Below, piece after piece: positions 26,901 to 41,900 of a stretch of DNA of 64,000 bases. Numbering within the stretch: position 1 is the first letter of the stretch; every line of letters begins with the position of its first letter. Location: the NCBI GenBank assembly GCA_965649765.1, contig OZ287758.1:45198001-45262000 (forward strand). The letters run 5' to 3'. Origin of the DNA: Bispira polyomma. Its lineage: Eukaryota. The notes beneath the pieces were generated by a model. It ran no database searches and was not told the DNA's origin. It was given only the letters and a program-made list of their open reading frames with translations. The translations under genes were made by a program, and so were the position numbers.

Positions 26901-29900
26901 GTATGAAAGTGATAAGTTTTTTTTAAATTTCAGTTACTGTGACTTTTATTACAGTGAGCTTCAGAGAAAGGCTCAGGATGACAATTAATGGGCATCTCCA
27001 ACGTTGCAATGACAGAGGGCCATTTTAAGTGGTCACCTAAGCCGCAATGTTGCTGTCTGTACTTGAACCAAAGACATATTTAACTAGCATGAGCAGACAA
27101 ACATCTGAATGTTTGACATGTTAAGAGATCAAATCCACTCACCTACACAACCTGTTACCAGTATATTGGACAAAATTGCACTCTCGCCTTTTGGCCTAAA
27201 CTGCCTGAGACGTACCATGGTAACATTGTATGTCTTCCCTCCCAGGTCAAACTCGATATTATGCTCCTCAGATTCATCTAATTGGCTCTAAATAATAGAC
27301 ACAGTAAGATTTAGTTTGTAACCAGGCTTACAATTTTCAAAGAAACCAAAACAATTGCTATAGACACAATAGAAGCAAAGCCTGTATATATGTGTGTCGT
27401 TTTCAAGGTAAGTGTATTGAGTTCCAGGACAGATATTCACACATTTTCTCAGGAAACAACATATTTCACTCTTTGGTCAAAATGTACGAGAAAATTTGAA
27501 CATTGTCAAAGAATGAGAGTCTTGAAACTTATGACATTATGTGGCCAAATCTCAAAAGAAATGCTAGAGTTATGCTAGGAATTAACAGTGTATAGACCTG
27601 GTTTTAGTTCACAAGTATGTGTAATGGATGTAGTAGTAACTGTTAATTTAGTATGGGAAACAGATTGAGATGGAAAAGCATATTTTGTGATCCAAATAGC
27701 TGAAATTGTGTTCAGCAATTGGTAGATTACTCTAATACTGGTTTCTATTTCTTGTAAAATTTTAAAATGCTACATCTTGAACTGCAAAAAAGACAAAACT
27801 GATCTTAAATATAGTAAATGTGAGGAAAATGATTAATTAAATAGTACTTGACAAAATACATCTATTCTCATTCAGACAAGATGAAAAATTTTCTACCAAT
27901 ACAGGGCAAAATGTTATAGCTCTTTTTGATTAATGATTAATTTGACGTTTTTCATGGTGGTAAATATCTTTACACTCACAAACTGTTGAGTGGGCTTGGA
28001 TGTGTTAGCTATCAACACCATTCTGACACTGGTTACAAGCTGAACTGTGGCAGAAAAACTAAGCAGGTCAAATGGCTCCCTGTTAGACCGTTGTATCCAG
28101 ATATTGTCACCCGCTGGCTTAATGTAAGTTCTTCCTGATCCAGCAGCAGCAGCATTGGGTTCTGGGTCTTCTACATCCTTTGTACGAATAATTTCCAAGT
28201 CTAACTGATTGAAGGTGGATGTAATAAAGCGTTTTCCCTCTGGACAGTCATCTATTGGACGAGCTGCAGAAAAACATTTGAGCGAATTATGATTATTCTG
28301 TCTGATGTCTATGTTGATTAATTTACTTGGGTTTTAACATTGCTGTCAACAGGCTTTTGTCAGATTCTAACCATCAGTTCACTGGTGGGGGAAATCAGAA
28401 CAGGGTAGTTGCTCAAGGTTCCCTGCTATGTGAACCAAGTCTACTGACATCTTTACCATACAAAGACCAAGGCCTAAATTCGAACCCATGATGGTACAGG
28501 TGAGGGGAGTGTGGTAATATTACACCAAATAGGGCAAGTACCTGACACACATTCCTATGAGATTGATTAATTACTTGATTGGAGTTTTAACCTCACTTTA
28601 AACACATTGTAGAGGGCAGTTTTACTGGTGGAGGAAAGCAGTCAATACTAGTTAGTCAAGATGTTACACTGTAAACAACCAGACATCGGCAAGTAGCTGC
28701 CTACTGTCCCACATGAAGCAGTTCCTGAGATTTGAACTAAGAACCTTAGAGGTGATAGATAACTGCTCTGTTATGTCACTGGAGTCCCTCGTCAAGTCAA
28801 CCACAAAGTAGTATATATACTGGTAATAGCCCATTTTCTTCAAATTCACAGTCATGAATTAAACACCATATAGTGAGAAATTAATCTTACCAACACAGGC
28901 AATAATGGTCACTTCCGACAACAGCAAGTTTTCACCATTGAAATTGTTTATCTTTAATTCGGACACATTGTCTATTCCACCTTTTACTGGAAAGCAATTC
29001 AGTTCTGCTGGCTTGGTAATTAGTACCTTTAGAAAAAAAAACACAATTAATAATGTACCTGTTTACACATATGAATCTTAATTTCTTCATTTCTAACTAC
29101 CTGCATATAAGAAAATGGGTTGTTCAATCATTGTATTTTGAGATAGCCTTGGGAAAATAGTGTTATACCCTGTGTAGAGTCTTTTCTAGAAAACCAAGAT
29201 GCATGAACCAGTTCTGTCACCTATAAAAAGGGAATGCCTCACAGTTGATGCTGTGTGGAACAACAATTTGGAGCAATATTTTGTTTTATCGAACTTTGAG
29301 AAAAGTTAGTTTTGTTTTACATGAAAGGCTAAATGGGAACTAAATATGTTTTGTATAACAGAGCTTATTCTGCATATTGTTTTGATGCAGTTGTACTTTC
29401 TTTGAGTTTTGATCATTTGACTCTTTGACACTTACTGTCTCTTTGGTTGAACTGCTCCCCTGTACCACTATAAGATCAGCTTCACTAACTTCTGATAACG
29501 TAAAACAAAATCGTTTGAGGGTGAACATGCTTGTTGTGAATAGTGTGGGACTCAGTGTGTAGCTGAACTCATCCTGATCAGTCACTGTGATTCCATTATC
29601 TGACCCAGTAAAGGCTATAGTTGGATTGGTTAGGCTGAAAGCTAAACTTTTTGCAACAAAATGATTACTGTCAAAAGTTGCTGTGGCGCTGCCTTTATTT
29701 TCTGAGCACACTATTGGAGGTGTGGTTGTGATTGGAGTAGTAGTGATTGGTGTGGTGGTTGTGGTTGGTATTTTGCTAGTTGTTGTGGTGGTTGGAGTTG
29801 TTGTGCTTGGTATAGTGGTGGTTGTTGTGGTGGTTGGTGCGGTTAGTGTTGTGGTTGGTTTTGTGGTAGTTTGTGTAGTTGTTGTCATGGTTGATGTGGT

Positions 29901-32900
29901 CGTTGGCTTGGTGGTGGTAGTTGTGGGCTTAGTGGTGGTCTTCTCTGTTACAAAATATATGTACAATTATAGTACAACAATTATGGTTTCTGGTTACATC
30001 AATATAAGACTGATAGGTAAATTAAAGAGTTAAACATTTACCAAGTCATCGTAAAATATTTAAAAAATACTCAAATGTTTTAGTAAACAAATGACCTTGG
30101 ACCATGTCCACAATCTAGTGACAATGGTCAAATTGTTTTTAGAGGAATGGCAAAGAGTAAAGTTCCTTGAACTACTACTGATTAAAATGATCAGCAGTGA
30201 TTTGGTGGTTTTAGGGATTTTGCCAATAAAATACATGCTCTAATACATGTACTGGTAAAATAATAGATAATTTGAAAATAATTCTGAATCAGGGAATGGC
30301 CGTTACTGGTGGTGGTTGTCTGTACTTTGGCAATCACAAAAACGTTAAATATCATGGCTGAATACCAGATAAAGCTACATCAATATGTCTATTTTCTTCA
30401 AATTCACAGTCATGAATTAAACACCGTACAGTGAGAAAGTAACCTTACCATTACAGGCAATAATGGTCACTTCCGACAACAGCAAGTTTTCACCATTGAA
30501 ATTGTTTATCTTTAATTCGGACACATTGTCTATTCCACCTTTTACTGGAAAGCATTTCAATTCTGCTGGCTTGGTAATTAGTACCTTTAGAAAAAAACCA
30601 CAATTCAAATGTACTTGTTTGCGCATATGCGTTATCTTAATTTCTTCATTTCTAACTACCTGCATCTAAAAAAATGGGTTGTTCAATCATTGTATTTTGA
30701 GATAGCCTTGGGGAAATAGTGTTATACCCTGTGTAGGGTCTTTCTAGAAAACTGAGGTGTATGAACCAGTTCTGTCACCTATAAAAAGGGAACGCCTCAC
30801 AGTTGTTACTGTGTGGAACAACAATTTGGAGCAATATTTCGTTTTATCGAACTTGGGGACTTTTAGAAAAGTTAGTTTTGTTTTACATGAAAGGCTAAAT
30901 GTGAACTAAATATATTTTGTATATCAGAGCTTATTCTGCATATTGTTTTGATGCAGGAGTTGTACTTTCTTTGAGTTTTAATCATTTGACTCTTTGACAC
31001 TTACTGTCTCTGTGGTTGAATTGCTCCCCTGTACCACTATAAGATCAGCTTCACTAACTTCTGATAACGTAAAACAAAATCTTTTGAGGGTGAACATGCT
31101 TGTTGTGAATAGTGTGGGACTCAGTGTGTAGCTGAACTCATCCTGATCAGTCACTGTGATTCCATTATCTGACCCAGTAAAGGCTATAGTTGGATTGGTT
31201 AGGCTGAAAGCTAAACTTTTTGCAACAAAATGATTACTGTCAAAAGTTGCTGTGGCGATGCCTTCATTTTCTGAGCACACTATTGGAGGTGTGGTTGTGA
31301 TTGGAGTAGTGGTGGTTAGTGTGGGGGTTGTGGTTGGTATTTTACTAGTTGTTGTGGTGGTTTGAGTTGTTGTACTTGGTATAGTGGTGGTTGTTGTGGT
31401 GGTTGGTGCGGTTGGTGTTGTGGTTGGTTTTGTTGTAGTTTGTGTAGTTGTTGTCATGGTTGATGTGGTCATTGGCTTGGTGGTGGTAGTTGTGGGCTTA
31501 GTTGTGGTCTTCTCTGTTACAAAAATTATGTACAATTATAGTACAACAATTATGGTTTCTGGTTACATCAACACAAGACTGATAGGTGAATTAAAGAGTT
31601 AAACATTTACCAAGTCATCGTAAAATATTTAAAAAATACTCAAATGTTTTAGTAAACCAATGACCTTGGACCATGTCCACAATCTAGTGACAATGGTCAA
31701 ATTGTTTTTAGAGGAATGGCTAAGAGTAAAGTTCCTTGAAGTACTACTGATTAAAATGATTAGCAGTGATTTGGTGGTTTTAGGGATGTTGCCAATAAAA
31801 TACATGCTCAAAAACAGGTACTGGTAAAAAAATAGATAATTTGAAAACAATTCTGAATCAGGGAATGGCCGTTACTGGTGCTGGTTGTCTGTACTTAAAC
31901 AAACACAAAAACGTTAATTATCATGGCTGAATACCAGATAAAGGTACATCATTATGTCAAGTACAAATATTAACAGAAATTAGATACCATTCTTGCACCA
32001 TTTTAGAGTGATCCTTCAACATACTATGCATTTTTGTTAAAACATATCAACTGGCTCCCAATTGACTACTATATGTATATTTTATTTAACTGTCATCACA
32101 TTTAAAATAAAACATAGATTTGCAATATTGTTTAACTACAAATTTAACTAACATCTGTATTAAATTTCAGTTACTGTAACTTTTAGTATAGTGAGCTTCA
32201 GAGAAAGGCTCAGGATGACCATTCATGAGCACCTCCAACGTTGCAATGACAGAGGACCATTTTATGTGGTCACCCAAGCAACAATGTGTCTGTCTGTACT
32301 TGAACCAAAGACATATTTAACTAGCATGAGCAGACAAACATCTGAATGTTTGACATTTTAAGAGATCAAATTTACTCACCTACACAACCTGTTACCAGTA
32401 TATTGGATAAAATTGCACTCTCGCCTTTTGGCCTAAACTGCCTGAGACGTACCATGGTAACATTGTATGTCTTCCCTCCCAGGTCAAACTCGATATTATG
32501 CTCCTCAGATTCATCTAATTGGCTCTAAATAATAGACACAGTAAGATTTAGTTTGTAACCAGGCTTACAATTTTCAAAGAAACCAAAACAATTGCTATAG
32601 ACACAATAGAAGCAAAGCCTGTATATATGTGTGTCGTTTTCAAGGTAAGTGTATTGAGTTCCAGGACAGATATTCACACATTTTCTCAGGAAACAACATA
32701 TTTCACTCTTTGGTCAAAATGTACGAGAAAATTTGAACATTGTCAAAGAATGAGAGTCTTGAAACTTATGACATTATGTGGCCAAATCTCAAAAGAAATG
32801 CTAGAGTTATGCTAGGAATTAACAGTGTATAGACCTGGTTTTAGTTCACAAGTATGTGTAATGGATGTAGTAGTAACTGTTAATTTAGTATGGGAAACAG

Positions 32901-35900
32901 ATTGAGATGGAAAAGCATATTTTGTGATCCAAATAGCTGAAATTGTGTTCAGCAATTGGTAGATTACTCTAATACTGGTTTCTATTTCTTGTAAAATTTT
33001 AAAATGCTACATCTTGAACTGCAAAAAAGACAAAACTGATCTTAAATATAGTAAATGTGAGGAAAATGATTAATTAAATAGTACTTGACAAAATACATCT
33101 ATTCTCATTCAGACAAGATGAAAAATTTTCTACCAATACAGGGCAAAATGTTATAGCTCTTTTTGATTAATGATTAATTTGACGTTTTTCATGGTGGTAA
33201 ATATCTTTACACTCACAAACTGTTGAGTGGGCTTGGATGTGTTAGCTATCAACACCATTCTGACACTGGTTACAAGCTGAACTGTGGCAGAAAAACTAAG
33301 CAGGTCAAATGGCTCCCTGTTAGACCGTTGTATCCAGATATTGTCACCCGCTGGCTTAATGTAAGTTCTTCCTGATCCAGCAGCAGCAGCATTGGGTTCT
33401 GGGTCTTCTACATCCTTTGTACGAATAATTTCCAAGTCTAACTGATTGAAGGTGGATGTAATAAAGCGTTTTCCCTCTGGACAGTCATCTATTGGACGAG
33501 CTGCAGAAAAACATTTGAGCGAATTATGATTATTCTGTCTGATGTCTATGTTGATTAATTTACTTGGGTTTTAACATTGCTGTCAACAGGCTTTTGTCAG
33601 ATTCTAACCATCAGTTCACTGGTGGGGGAAATCAGAACAGGGTAGTTGCTCAAGGTTCCCTGCTATGTGAACCAAGTCTACTGACATCTTTACCATACAA
33701 AGACCAAGGCCTAAATTCGAACCCATGATGGTACAGGTGAGGGGAGTGTGGTAATATTACACCAAATAGGGCAAGTACCTGACACACATTCCTATGAGAT
33801 TGATTAATTACTTGATTGGAGTTTTAACCTCACTTTAAACACATTGTAGAGGGCAGTTTTACTGGTGGAGGAAAGCAGTCAATACTAGTTAGTCAAGATG
33901 TTACACTGTAAACAACCAGACATCGGCAAGTAGCTGCCTACTGTCCCACATGAAGCAGTTCCTGAGATTTGAACTAAGAACCTTAGAGGTGATAGATAAC
34001 TGCTCTGTTATGTCACTGGAGTCCCTCGTCAAGTCAACCACAAAGTAGTATATATACTGGTAATAGCCCATTTTCTTCAAATTCACAGTCATGAATTAAA
34101 CACCATATAGTGAGAAATTAATCTTACCAACACAGGCAATAATGGTCACTTCCGACAACAGCAAGTTTTCACCATTGAAATTGTTTATCTTTAATTCGGA
34201 CACATTGTCTATTCCACCTTTTACTGGAAAGCAATTCAGTTCTGCTGGCTTGGTAATTAGTACCTTTAGAAAAAAAAACACAATTAATAATGTACCTGTT
34301 TACACATATGAATCTTAATTTCTTCATTTCTAACTACCTGCATATAAGAAAATGGGTTGTTCAATCATTGTATTTTGAGATAGCCTTGGGAAAATAGTGT
34401 TATACCCTGTGTAGAGTCTTTTCTAGAAAACCAAGATGCATGAACCAGTTCTGTCACCTATAAAAAGGGAATGCCTCACAGTTGATGCTGTGTGGAACAA
34501 CAATTTGGAGCAATATTTTGTTTTATCGAACTTTGAGAAAAGTTAGTTTTGTTTTACATGAAAGGCTAAATGGGAACTAAATATGTTTTGTATAACAGAG
34601 CTTATTCTGCATATTGTTTTGATGCAGTTGTACTTTCTTTGAGTTTTGATCATTTGACTCTTTGACACTTACTGTCTCTTTGGTTGAACTGCTCCCCTGT
34701 ACCACTATAAGATCAGCTTCACTAACTTCTGATAACGTAAAACAAAATCGTTTGAGGGTGAACATGCTTGTTGTGAATAGTGTGGGACTCAGTGTGTAGC
34801 TGAACTCATCCTGATCAGTCACTGTGATTCCATTATCTGACCCAGTAAAGGCTATAGTTGGATTGGTTAGGCTGAAAGCTAAACTTTTTGCAACAAAATG
34901 ATTACTGTCAAAAGTTGCTGTGGCGCTGCCTTTATTTTCTGAGCACACTATTGGAGGTGTGGTTGTGATTGGAGTAGTAGTGATTGGTGTGGTGGTTGTG
35001 GTTGGTATTTTGCTAGTTGTTGTGGTGGTTGGAGTTGTTGTGCTTGGTATAGTGGTGGTTGTTGTGGTGGTTGGTGCGGTTAGTGTTGTGGTTGGTTTTG
35101 TGGTAGTTTGTGTAGTTGTTGTCATGGTTGATGTGGTCGTTGGCTTGGTGGTGGTAGTTGTGGGCTTAGTTGTGGTCTTCTCTGTTACAAAATATATGTA
35201 CAATTATAGTACAACAATTATGGTTTCTGGTTACATCAATATAAGACTGATAGGTAAATTAAAGAGTTAAACATTTACCAAGTCATCGTAAAATATTTAA
35301 AAAATACTCAAATGTTTTAGTAAACAAATGACCTTGGACCATGTCCACAATCTAGTGACAATGGTCAAATTGTTTTTAGAGGAATGGCAAAGAGTAAAGT
35401 TCCTTGAACTACTACTGATTAAAATGATCAGCAGTGATTTGGTGGTTTTAGGGATTTTGCCAATAAAATACATGCTCTAATACATGTACTGGTAAAATAA
35501 TAGATAATTTGAAAATAATTCTGAATCAGGGAATGGCCGTTACTGGTGGTGGTTGTCTGTACTTTGGCAATCACAAAAACGTTAAATATCATGGCTGAAT
35601 ACCAGATAAAGCTACATCAATATGTCTATTTTCTTCAAATTCACAGTCATGAATTAAACACCGTACAGTGAGAAAGTAACCTTACCATTACAGGCAATAA
35701 TGGTCACTTCCGACAACAGCAAGTTTTCACCATTGAAATTGTTTATCTTTAATTCGGACACATTGTCTATTCCACCTTTTACTGGAAAGCATTTCAATTC
35801 TGCTGGCTTGGTAATTAGTACCTTTAGAAAAAAACCACAATTCAAATGTACTTGTTTGCGCATATGCGTTATCTTAATTTCTTCATTTCTAACTACCTGC

Positions 35901-38900
35901 ATCTAAAAAAATGGGTTGTTCAATCATTGTATTTTGAGATAGCCTTGGGGAAATAGTGTTATACCCTGTGTAGGGTCTTTCTAGAAAACTGAGGTGTATG
36001 AACCAGTTCTGTCACCTATAAAAAGGGAACGCCTCACAGTTGTTACTGTGTGGAACAACAATTTGGAGCAATATTTCGTTTTATCGAACTTGGGGACTTT
36101 TAGAAAAGTTAGTTTTGTTTTACATGAAAGGCTAAATGTGAACTAAATATATTTTGTATATCAGAGCTTATTCTGCATATTGTTTTGATGCAGGAGTTGT
36201 ACTTTCTTTGAGTTTTAATCATTTGACTCTTTGACACTTACTGTCTCTGTGGTTGAATTGCTCCCCTGTACCACTATAAGATCAGCTTCACTAACTTCTG
36301 ATAACGTAAAACAAAATCTTTTGAGGGTGAACATGCTTGTTGTGAATAGTGTGGGACTCAGTGTGTAGCTGAACTCATCCTGATCAGTCACTGTGATTCC
36401 ATTATCTGACCCAGTAAAGGCTATAGTTGGATTGGTTAGGCTGAAAGCTAAACTTTTTGCAACAAAATGATTACTGTCAAAAGTTGCTGTGGCGATGCCT
36501 TCATTTTCTGAGCACACTATTGGAGGTGTGGTTGTGATTGGAGTAGTGGTGGTTAGTGTGGGGGTTGTGGTTGGTATTTTACTAGTTGTTGTGGTGGTTT
36601 GAGTTGTTGTACTTGGTATAGTGGTGGTTGTTGTGGTGGTTGGTGCGGTTGGTGTTGTGGTTGGTTTTGTTGTAGTTTGTGTAGTTGTTGTCATGGTTGA
36701 TGTGGTCATTGGCTTGGTGGTGGTAGTTGTGGGCTTAGTTGTGGTCTTCTCTGTTACAAAAATTATGTACAATTATAGTACAACAATTATGGTTTCTGGT
36801 TACATCAACACAAGACTGATAGGTGAATTAAAGAGTTAAACATTTACCAAGTCATCGTAAAATATTTAAAAAATACTCAAATGTTTTAGTAAACCAATGA
36901 CCTTGGACCATGTCCACAATCTAGTGACAATGGTCAAATTGTTTTTAGAGGAATGGCTAAGAGTAAAGTTCCTTGAAGTACTACTGATTAAAATGATTAG
37001 CAGTGATTTGGTGGTTTTAGGGATGTTGCCAATAAAATACATGCTCAAAAACAGGTACTGGTAAAAAAATAGATAATTTGAAAACAATTCTGAATCAGGG
37101 AATGGCCGTTACTGGTGCTGGTTGTCTGTACTTAAACAAACACAAAAACGTTAATTATCATGGCTGAATACCAGATAAAGGTACATCATTATGTCAAGTA
37201 CAAATATTAACAGAAATTAGATACCATTCTTGCACCATTTTAGAGTGATCCTTCAACATACTATGCATTTTTGTTAAAACATATCAACTGGCTCCCAATT
37301 GACTACTATATGTATATTTTATTTAACTGTCATCACATTTAAAATAAAACATATAGATTTGCAATATTGTTTAACTACAAATTTAACTAACATCTGTATT
37401 AAATTTCAGTTACTGTAACTTTTAGTATAGTGAGCTTCAGAGAAAGGCTCAGGATGACCATTCATGAGCACCTCCAACGTTGCAATGACAGAGGACCATT
37501 TTATGTGGTCACCCAAGCAACAATGTGTCTGTCTGTACTTGAACCAAAGACATATTTAACTAGCATGAGGAAACAAACATCTGAATGTTTGACATTTTAA
37601 GAGATCAAATTTACTCACCTACACAACCTGTTACCAGTATATTGGATAAAATTGCAGTCTCGCCTTTTGGTCTAAATTGCTTGAGACGTACCATGGTAAC
37701 ATTGTATGTCTTCCCTCCCAGGTCAAACTCGATATTATGCTTCTCAGATGCATCTAATCGGCTCTAAATAATACACACAGTAAGATTTAGTTTGTAACCA
37801 GGCTTACAATTTTCAAAAAAAACCAAAACAGTTGCTATAGACACAATAGAAGCAAAGCCTGTATATATGTGTGTCGTTTTCAAGGTAAGTGTATTGAGTT
37901 CCAGGACAGATATTCACACATTTTCTCAGGAAACAACATATTTCACTCTTGGGTCAAAATGTACGAGAAAATTTGAACATTGTCAAAGAATGAGAATCTT
38001 GAAACTTATGACATTATGTGGCCAAATCTCAAAAGAAATGCTAGAGTTATGCTAGGAATTAACAGTCTATAGACCTGGTTTTAGTTCACAAGTGTGTGTA
38101 ATGGATATAGTAGTAACTGTTAATTTAGTATGGGAAACAGATTGAGATGGAAAAGCATATTTTGTAATCCAAATAGCTGAAATTGTGTTCAGCAATTGGT
38201 AGATTACTCTAATACTGGTTTCTATTTCTTGTAAAATTTTAAAATGCTACATCTTGAACTGCAAAAAAGACAAAACTGATCTTAAATATAGTAAATGTGA
38301 GGAAAATGATTAATTAAATAGTACTTGACCAAATACATCTATTCTCATTTAGCCAAGATGAAAAATTTTCTACCAATACCGGGCAAATTGTTATAGCTCT
38401 TTTTGGTTAATGATTAATTTGACGTTTTTCATGGTGGTAAATTTCTTTACACTCACAAACTGTTGAGTGGGCTTGGATGTGTCAGCTATCAACACCATTT
38501 TGACACTGGTTACAAGCTGAACTGTGGCAGAAAAACTAAGCAGGTCAAATGGCTCCCTGTTAGACCGGTGTATCAAGATATTGTCGGTCGCTGGCTTAAT
38601 GTAAGTTCTTCCTGATCCAGCAGCAGCAGCATTGGGTTCTGGGTCTTCTACATCCTTTGTACGAATAATCTCCATGTCCAACTGATTGAAGGTGGATGTA
38701 ATAAAGCGTTTGCCCTCTGGACAGTCATCTATTGGACGAGCTGGAGTGAAACATTTGAGTGGATTACTGTGTGTATTTTTGTATCAGTTATATCTTTAGG
38801 AAATTTTTCATATCACCCTTACTGGTTAATTCATTATAGCATTTGGTGAATTAATAATACAGTTATCACGTATCGGCCACTGTGATCTAGTGAGTATCAC

Positions 38901-41900
38901 ACTCCATTAAGAACACAATGGACCTGGGTTCTATCTCAGCCTTGGACAACCGGGTACAGACAAATACTTATGTTATTGGATCTCCTTCCTAGTGACAGGT
39001 TAAATAACCTAAAGACTATTGATAGATGCTGTCATCCCCAAGCCTTTGTGTTCAGATAGTTACTGGTGCTTCATCAACCAATGGTTACAGGCTTATATTA
39101 ACAAACTCTTTATCTGAACAATATTCATCAAAATTTACTGGCATGTCAGAAAATTGTCATTATTTTCCCCAACCTGAAATATATTCCAGACAGTATTCAG
39201 CCATTATGGTTATTTTGTGTGATGTCTATGTTGATTAATTTACTTGGGTTTTAACATTGCTGTCAACAGGCTTTATTCAGATTCTGACCATTAGTTCACT
39301 GGTGGGGGAAATCAGAACAGGGTAGTTGCTCAAGGCTCCCTGCTCTGTGAACCTAGTCTACTGACATGGTTCTTTACCATACAGAGACCAAGGCCTAAAT
39401 TCGAACCCATGGTGGTACAGGTGAGGTGAGTGTGGTAATATTACACCAAAGAGGGCAAGTACTTGATACACATTTCTATGAGATTGATTAATTACTTGAT
39501 TGGAGTTTTAATCTCACTTTAAACACATTGTAGAGGGCAGTTTTACTGGTGGAGGAAAGCAGTGAATACTAGTTAGTCAAGATGTTACACTGTAAACAAC
39601 CAGACATCAACAAGTAGCTGCCTACTGTCCCACATGAAGCAGTTCCTGAGATTCGAACTAAGAACCTTAGAGGTGATAGATAACTGCTCTGTTATGTCAC
39701 TGGAGTCCCTCGTCAAGTCATCCACAAAGTAGTATATATACTGGTAATAGCCCATTTTCTTCAAATTCACAGTCATGAATTAAACACCATATAGTGAGAA
39801 ATTAATCTTACCAACACAGGCAATAATGGTCACTTCCGACAACAGCAAGTTTTCACCATTGAAATTGTTTATCTTTAATTCAGACACATTGTCTATTCCA
39901 TCTTTTACTGGAAAGCAATTCAATTCTGCTGGCTTGGTAATCAGTACCTTTAAAAAAAAAACACAATTAATAATGTACCTGTTTGCACATATGAATCTTA
40001 ATTTCTTCATTTCTAACTACCTGCATATAAAAAATGGGTTGTTCAATCATTTTATGTTGAGATGGCCTTGGGAAAATAGTGTTATACCCTGTGTAGAGTC
40101 TTTTCTAGAAAACCAAGATGCATGAACCAGTTCTGTCACCTATAAAAAGGGAATGCCTCACAGTTGATGCTGTGTGGAACAACAATTTGGAGCAATATTT
40201 CGTTTTATCGAACTTGGGAACTTTGAGAAAAGTTAATTTTGTTTTACATGAAAGGCTAAATGGGAACTAAATATGTTTTGTATAACAGAGCTTATTCTGC
40301 ATATTGTTTTGATGCAGGACTTGTACTTTCTTTGAGTTTTGATCGTTTGACTCTTTGACACTTACTGTCTCTGTGGTTGAACTGCTCCCCTGTACCACTA
40401 TAAGATCAGCTTCACTAACTTCTGATAACGTAAAACAAAATCGTTTGAGGGTGAACATCCTTGTTGTGAATAGTGTTGGACTCAGTGTGTAGCTGAACTC
40501 ATCCTGATCAGTCACTGTGATTCCATTATCTGACCCAGTAAAGGCTATAGTTGGATTGGTTAGGCTGAAAGCTAAACTTTTTGCAACAAAATGATTACTG
40601 TCGAAAGTTGCTGTGGCGATGCCTTCATTTTCAGAGCACACTATTGGAGGTGTGGTTGTGATTGGAGTAGTGGTGGTTGGTATGGTGGTGGTTGGAGTAG
40701 TGGTGGTTGGTGTTATGGTTGTTGTTGTGCTGGTTGGAATAGTGGTGCTTGGTGTGGTGGTGGTTGTTGTGGTTGTTGGTGTGGTGGTTGTTGTTGTTGT
40801 AGTGGTTGGTGTGATGGTGGTGGATGGTGTTGTGGTAGTTGGTGTAGTTGTTGGAGTAGTGGTTGTGGTGGCTGGTTTGGTTGTGGTTGTAGTATCTACA
40901 ATACCATTGCTTAAATATGAACATTTAATTGTTTGATTGCAAGAATTCAGATTACTCAATAAGGGATACTGGGTGTATCCACTGAACAGCAAAAATACAT
41001 TAAATGGTATAGCTATTTTATTATTAAATTTCGTAAAATTGTTGTCTAAATTTTTTATTGAAATATAATTTAATTACTTTGCGTTCTGAAAAAAAACAAC
41101 CTTAACTATAATACTATCAGCTGCAGATATAATAAGAATTCCGTGAAGTGAATACAGGAAAGCAAAATTGATCCTAGTCAACTCTCAGTAAACCTACTGA
41201 AATGTTGTTATTCCATCTTTGCGAACATGATATTTTGTTAACCAGCCTGCCATTCTGATCATACAAAACAATTTTTCACTTTAAACAGTTCTTAGTTTGT
41301 TATTGCCTCAACTATCTGGAATTAAGAAATTTATTTGATCTTCTCCGCCACTTTTACTAAAAATTAATTGTAGTTTACAAAAAGAGGCCATGGTCGAATT
41401 ATTTCAAATGTAATCTTACCAGTGCAGCCTATTATAGTTACTTCTGACAACAACAAATTTTCACCAACAAAAGTATTCAGCTGCAATTCTGTCACTCCCT
41501 CCAGGTTGTCCAATAAGGCAATGCATCTTAATTCTCCTGGCTTGGTAATCACTACCTGAAACATAATTGGTTATAAGTTTTCAAACCTGGTCTTGATGTA
41601 ACAGAATACCTGTCACAGAATTTTTACAGACTATTATGGTAAGATTAATTGGTTACAGACTAACAACTGGATGTTGGTATGGTTTTGCATTTGATTTACG
41701 TTGTTGTAAAAGAAAGGTCAATAATATGAATAATTTGTTCATACAATTCTTTTCACCTCTCTTGAGTCATCACAGTAAGCATTACACCTATTATCATGAT
41801 CGTAAGACTAATCTTGGGTCCATTAGGATAAATTGCTTGTCTTTCGTTCCATATCAAGGAAATTCTGTTTCATGAGACTTAATTCCTGTATCATGCTTTT

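Larger units (their letters stand above)
19400..40900 (-). repeat. Tandem exon-intron array of A-C units (~3.7 kb) and A-A-C units (5,237 bp)
   Basis: Same ORFs and introns recur at offsets 3956, 3698 and 5237. Confidence 0.95.

Noticed and set aside
21010-39776. Repeated ORFs MTVNLKKMG..., MCVVFKVS..., MFDMLRDQ...
   Set aside because: Intronic SINE-derived, intronic, or antisense-to-exon frames; they recur only because the whole unit was duplicated.
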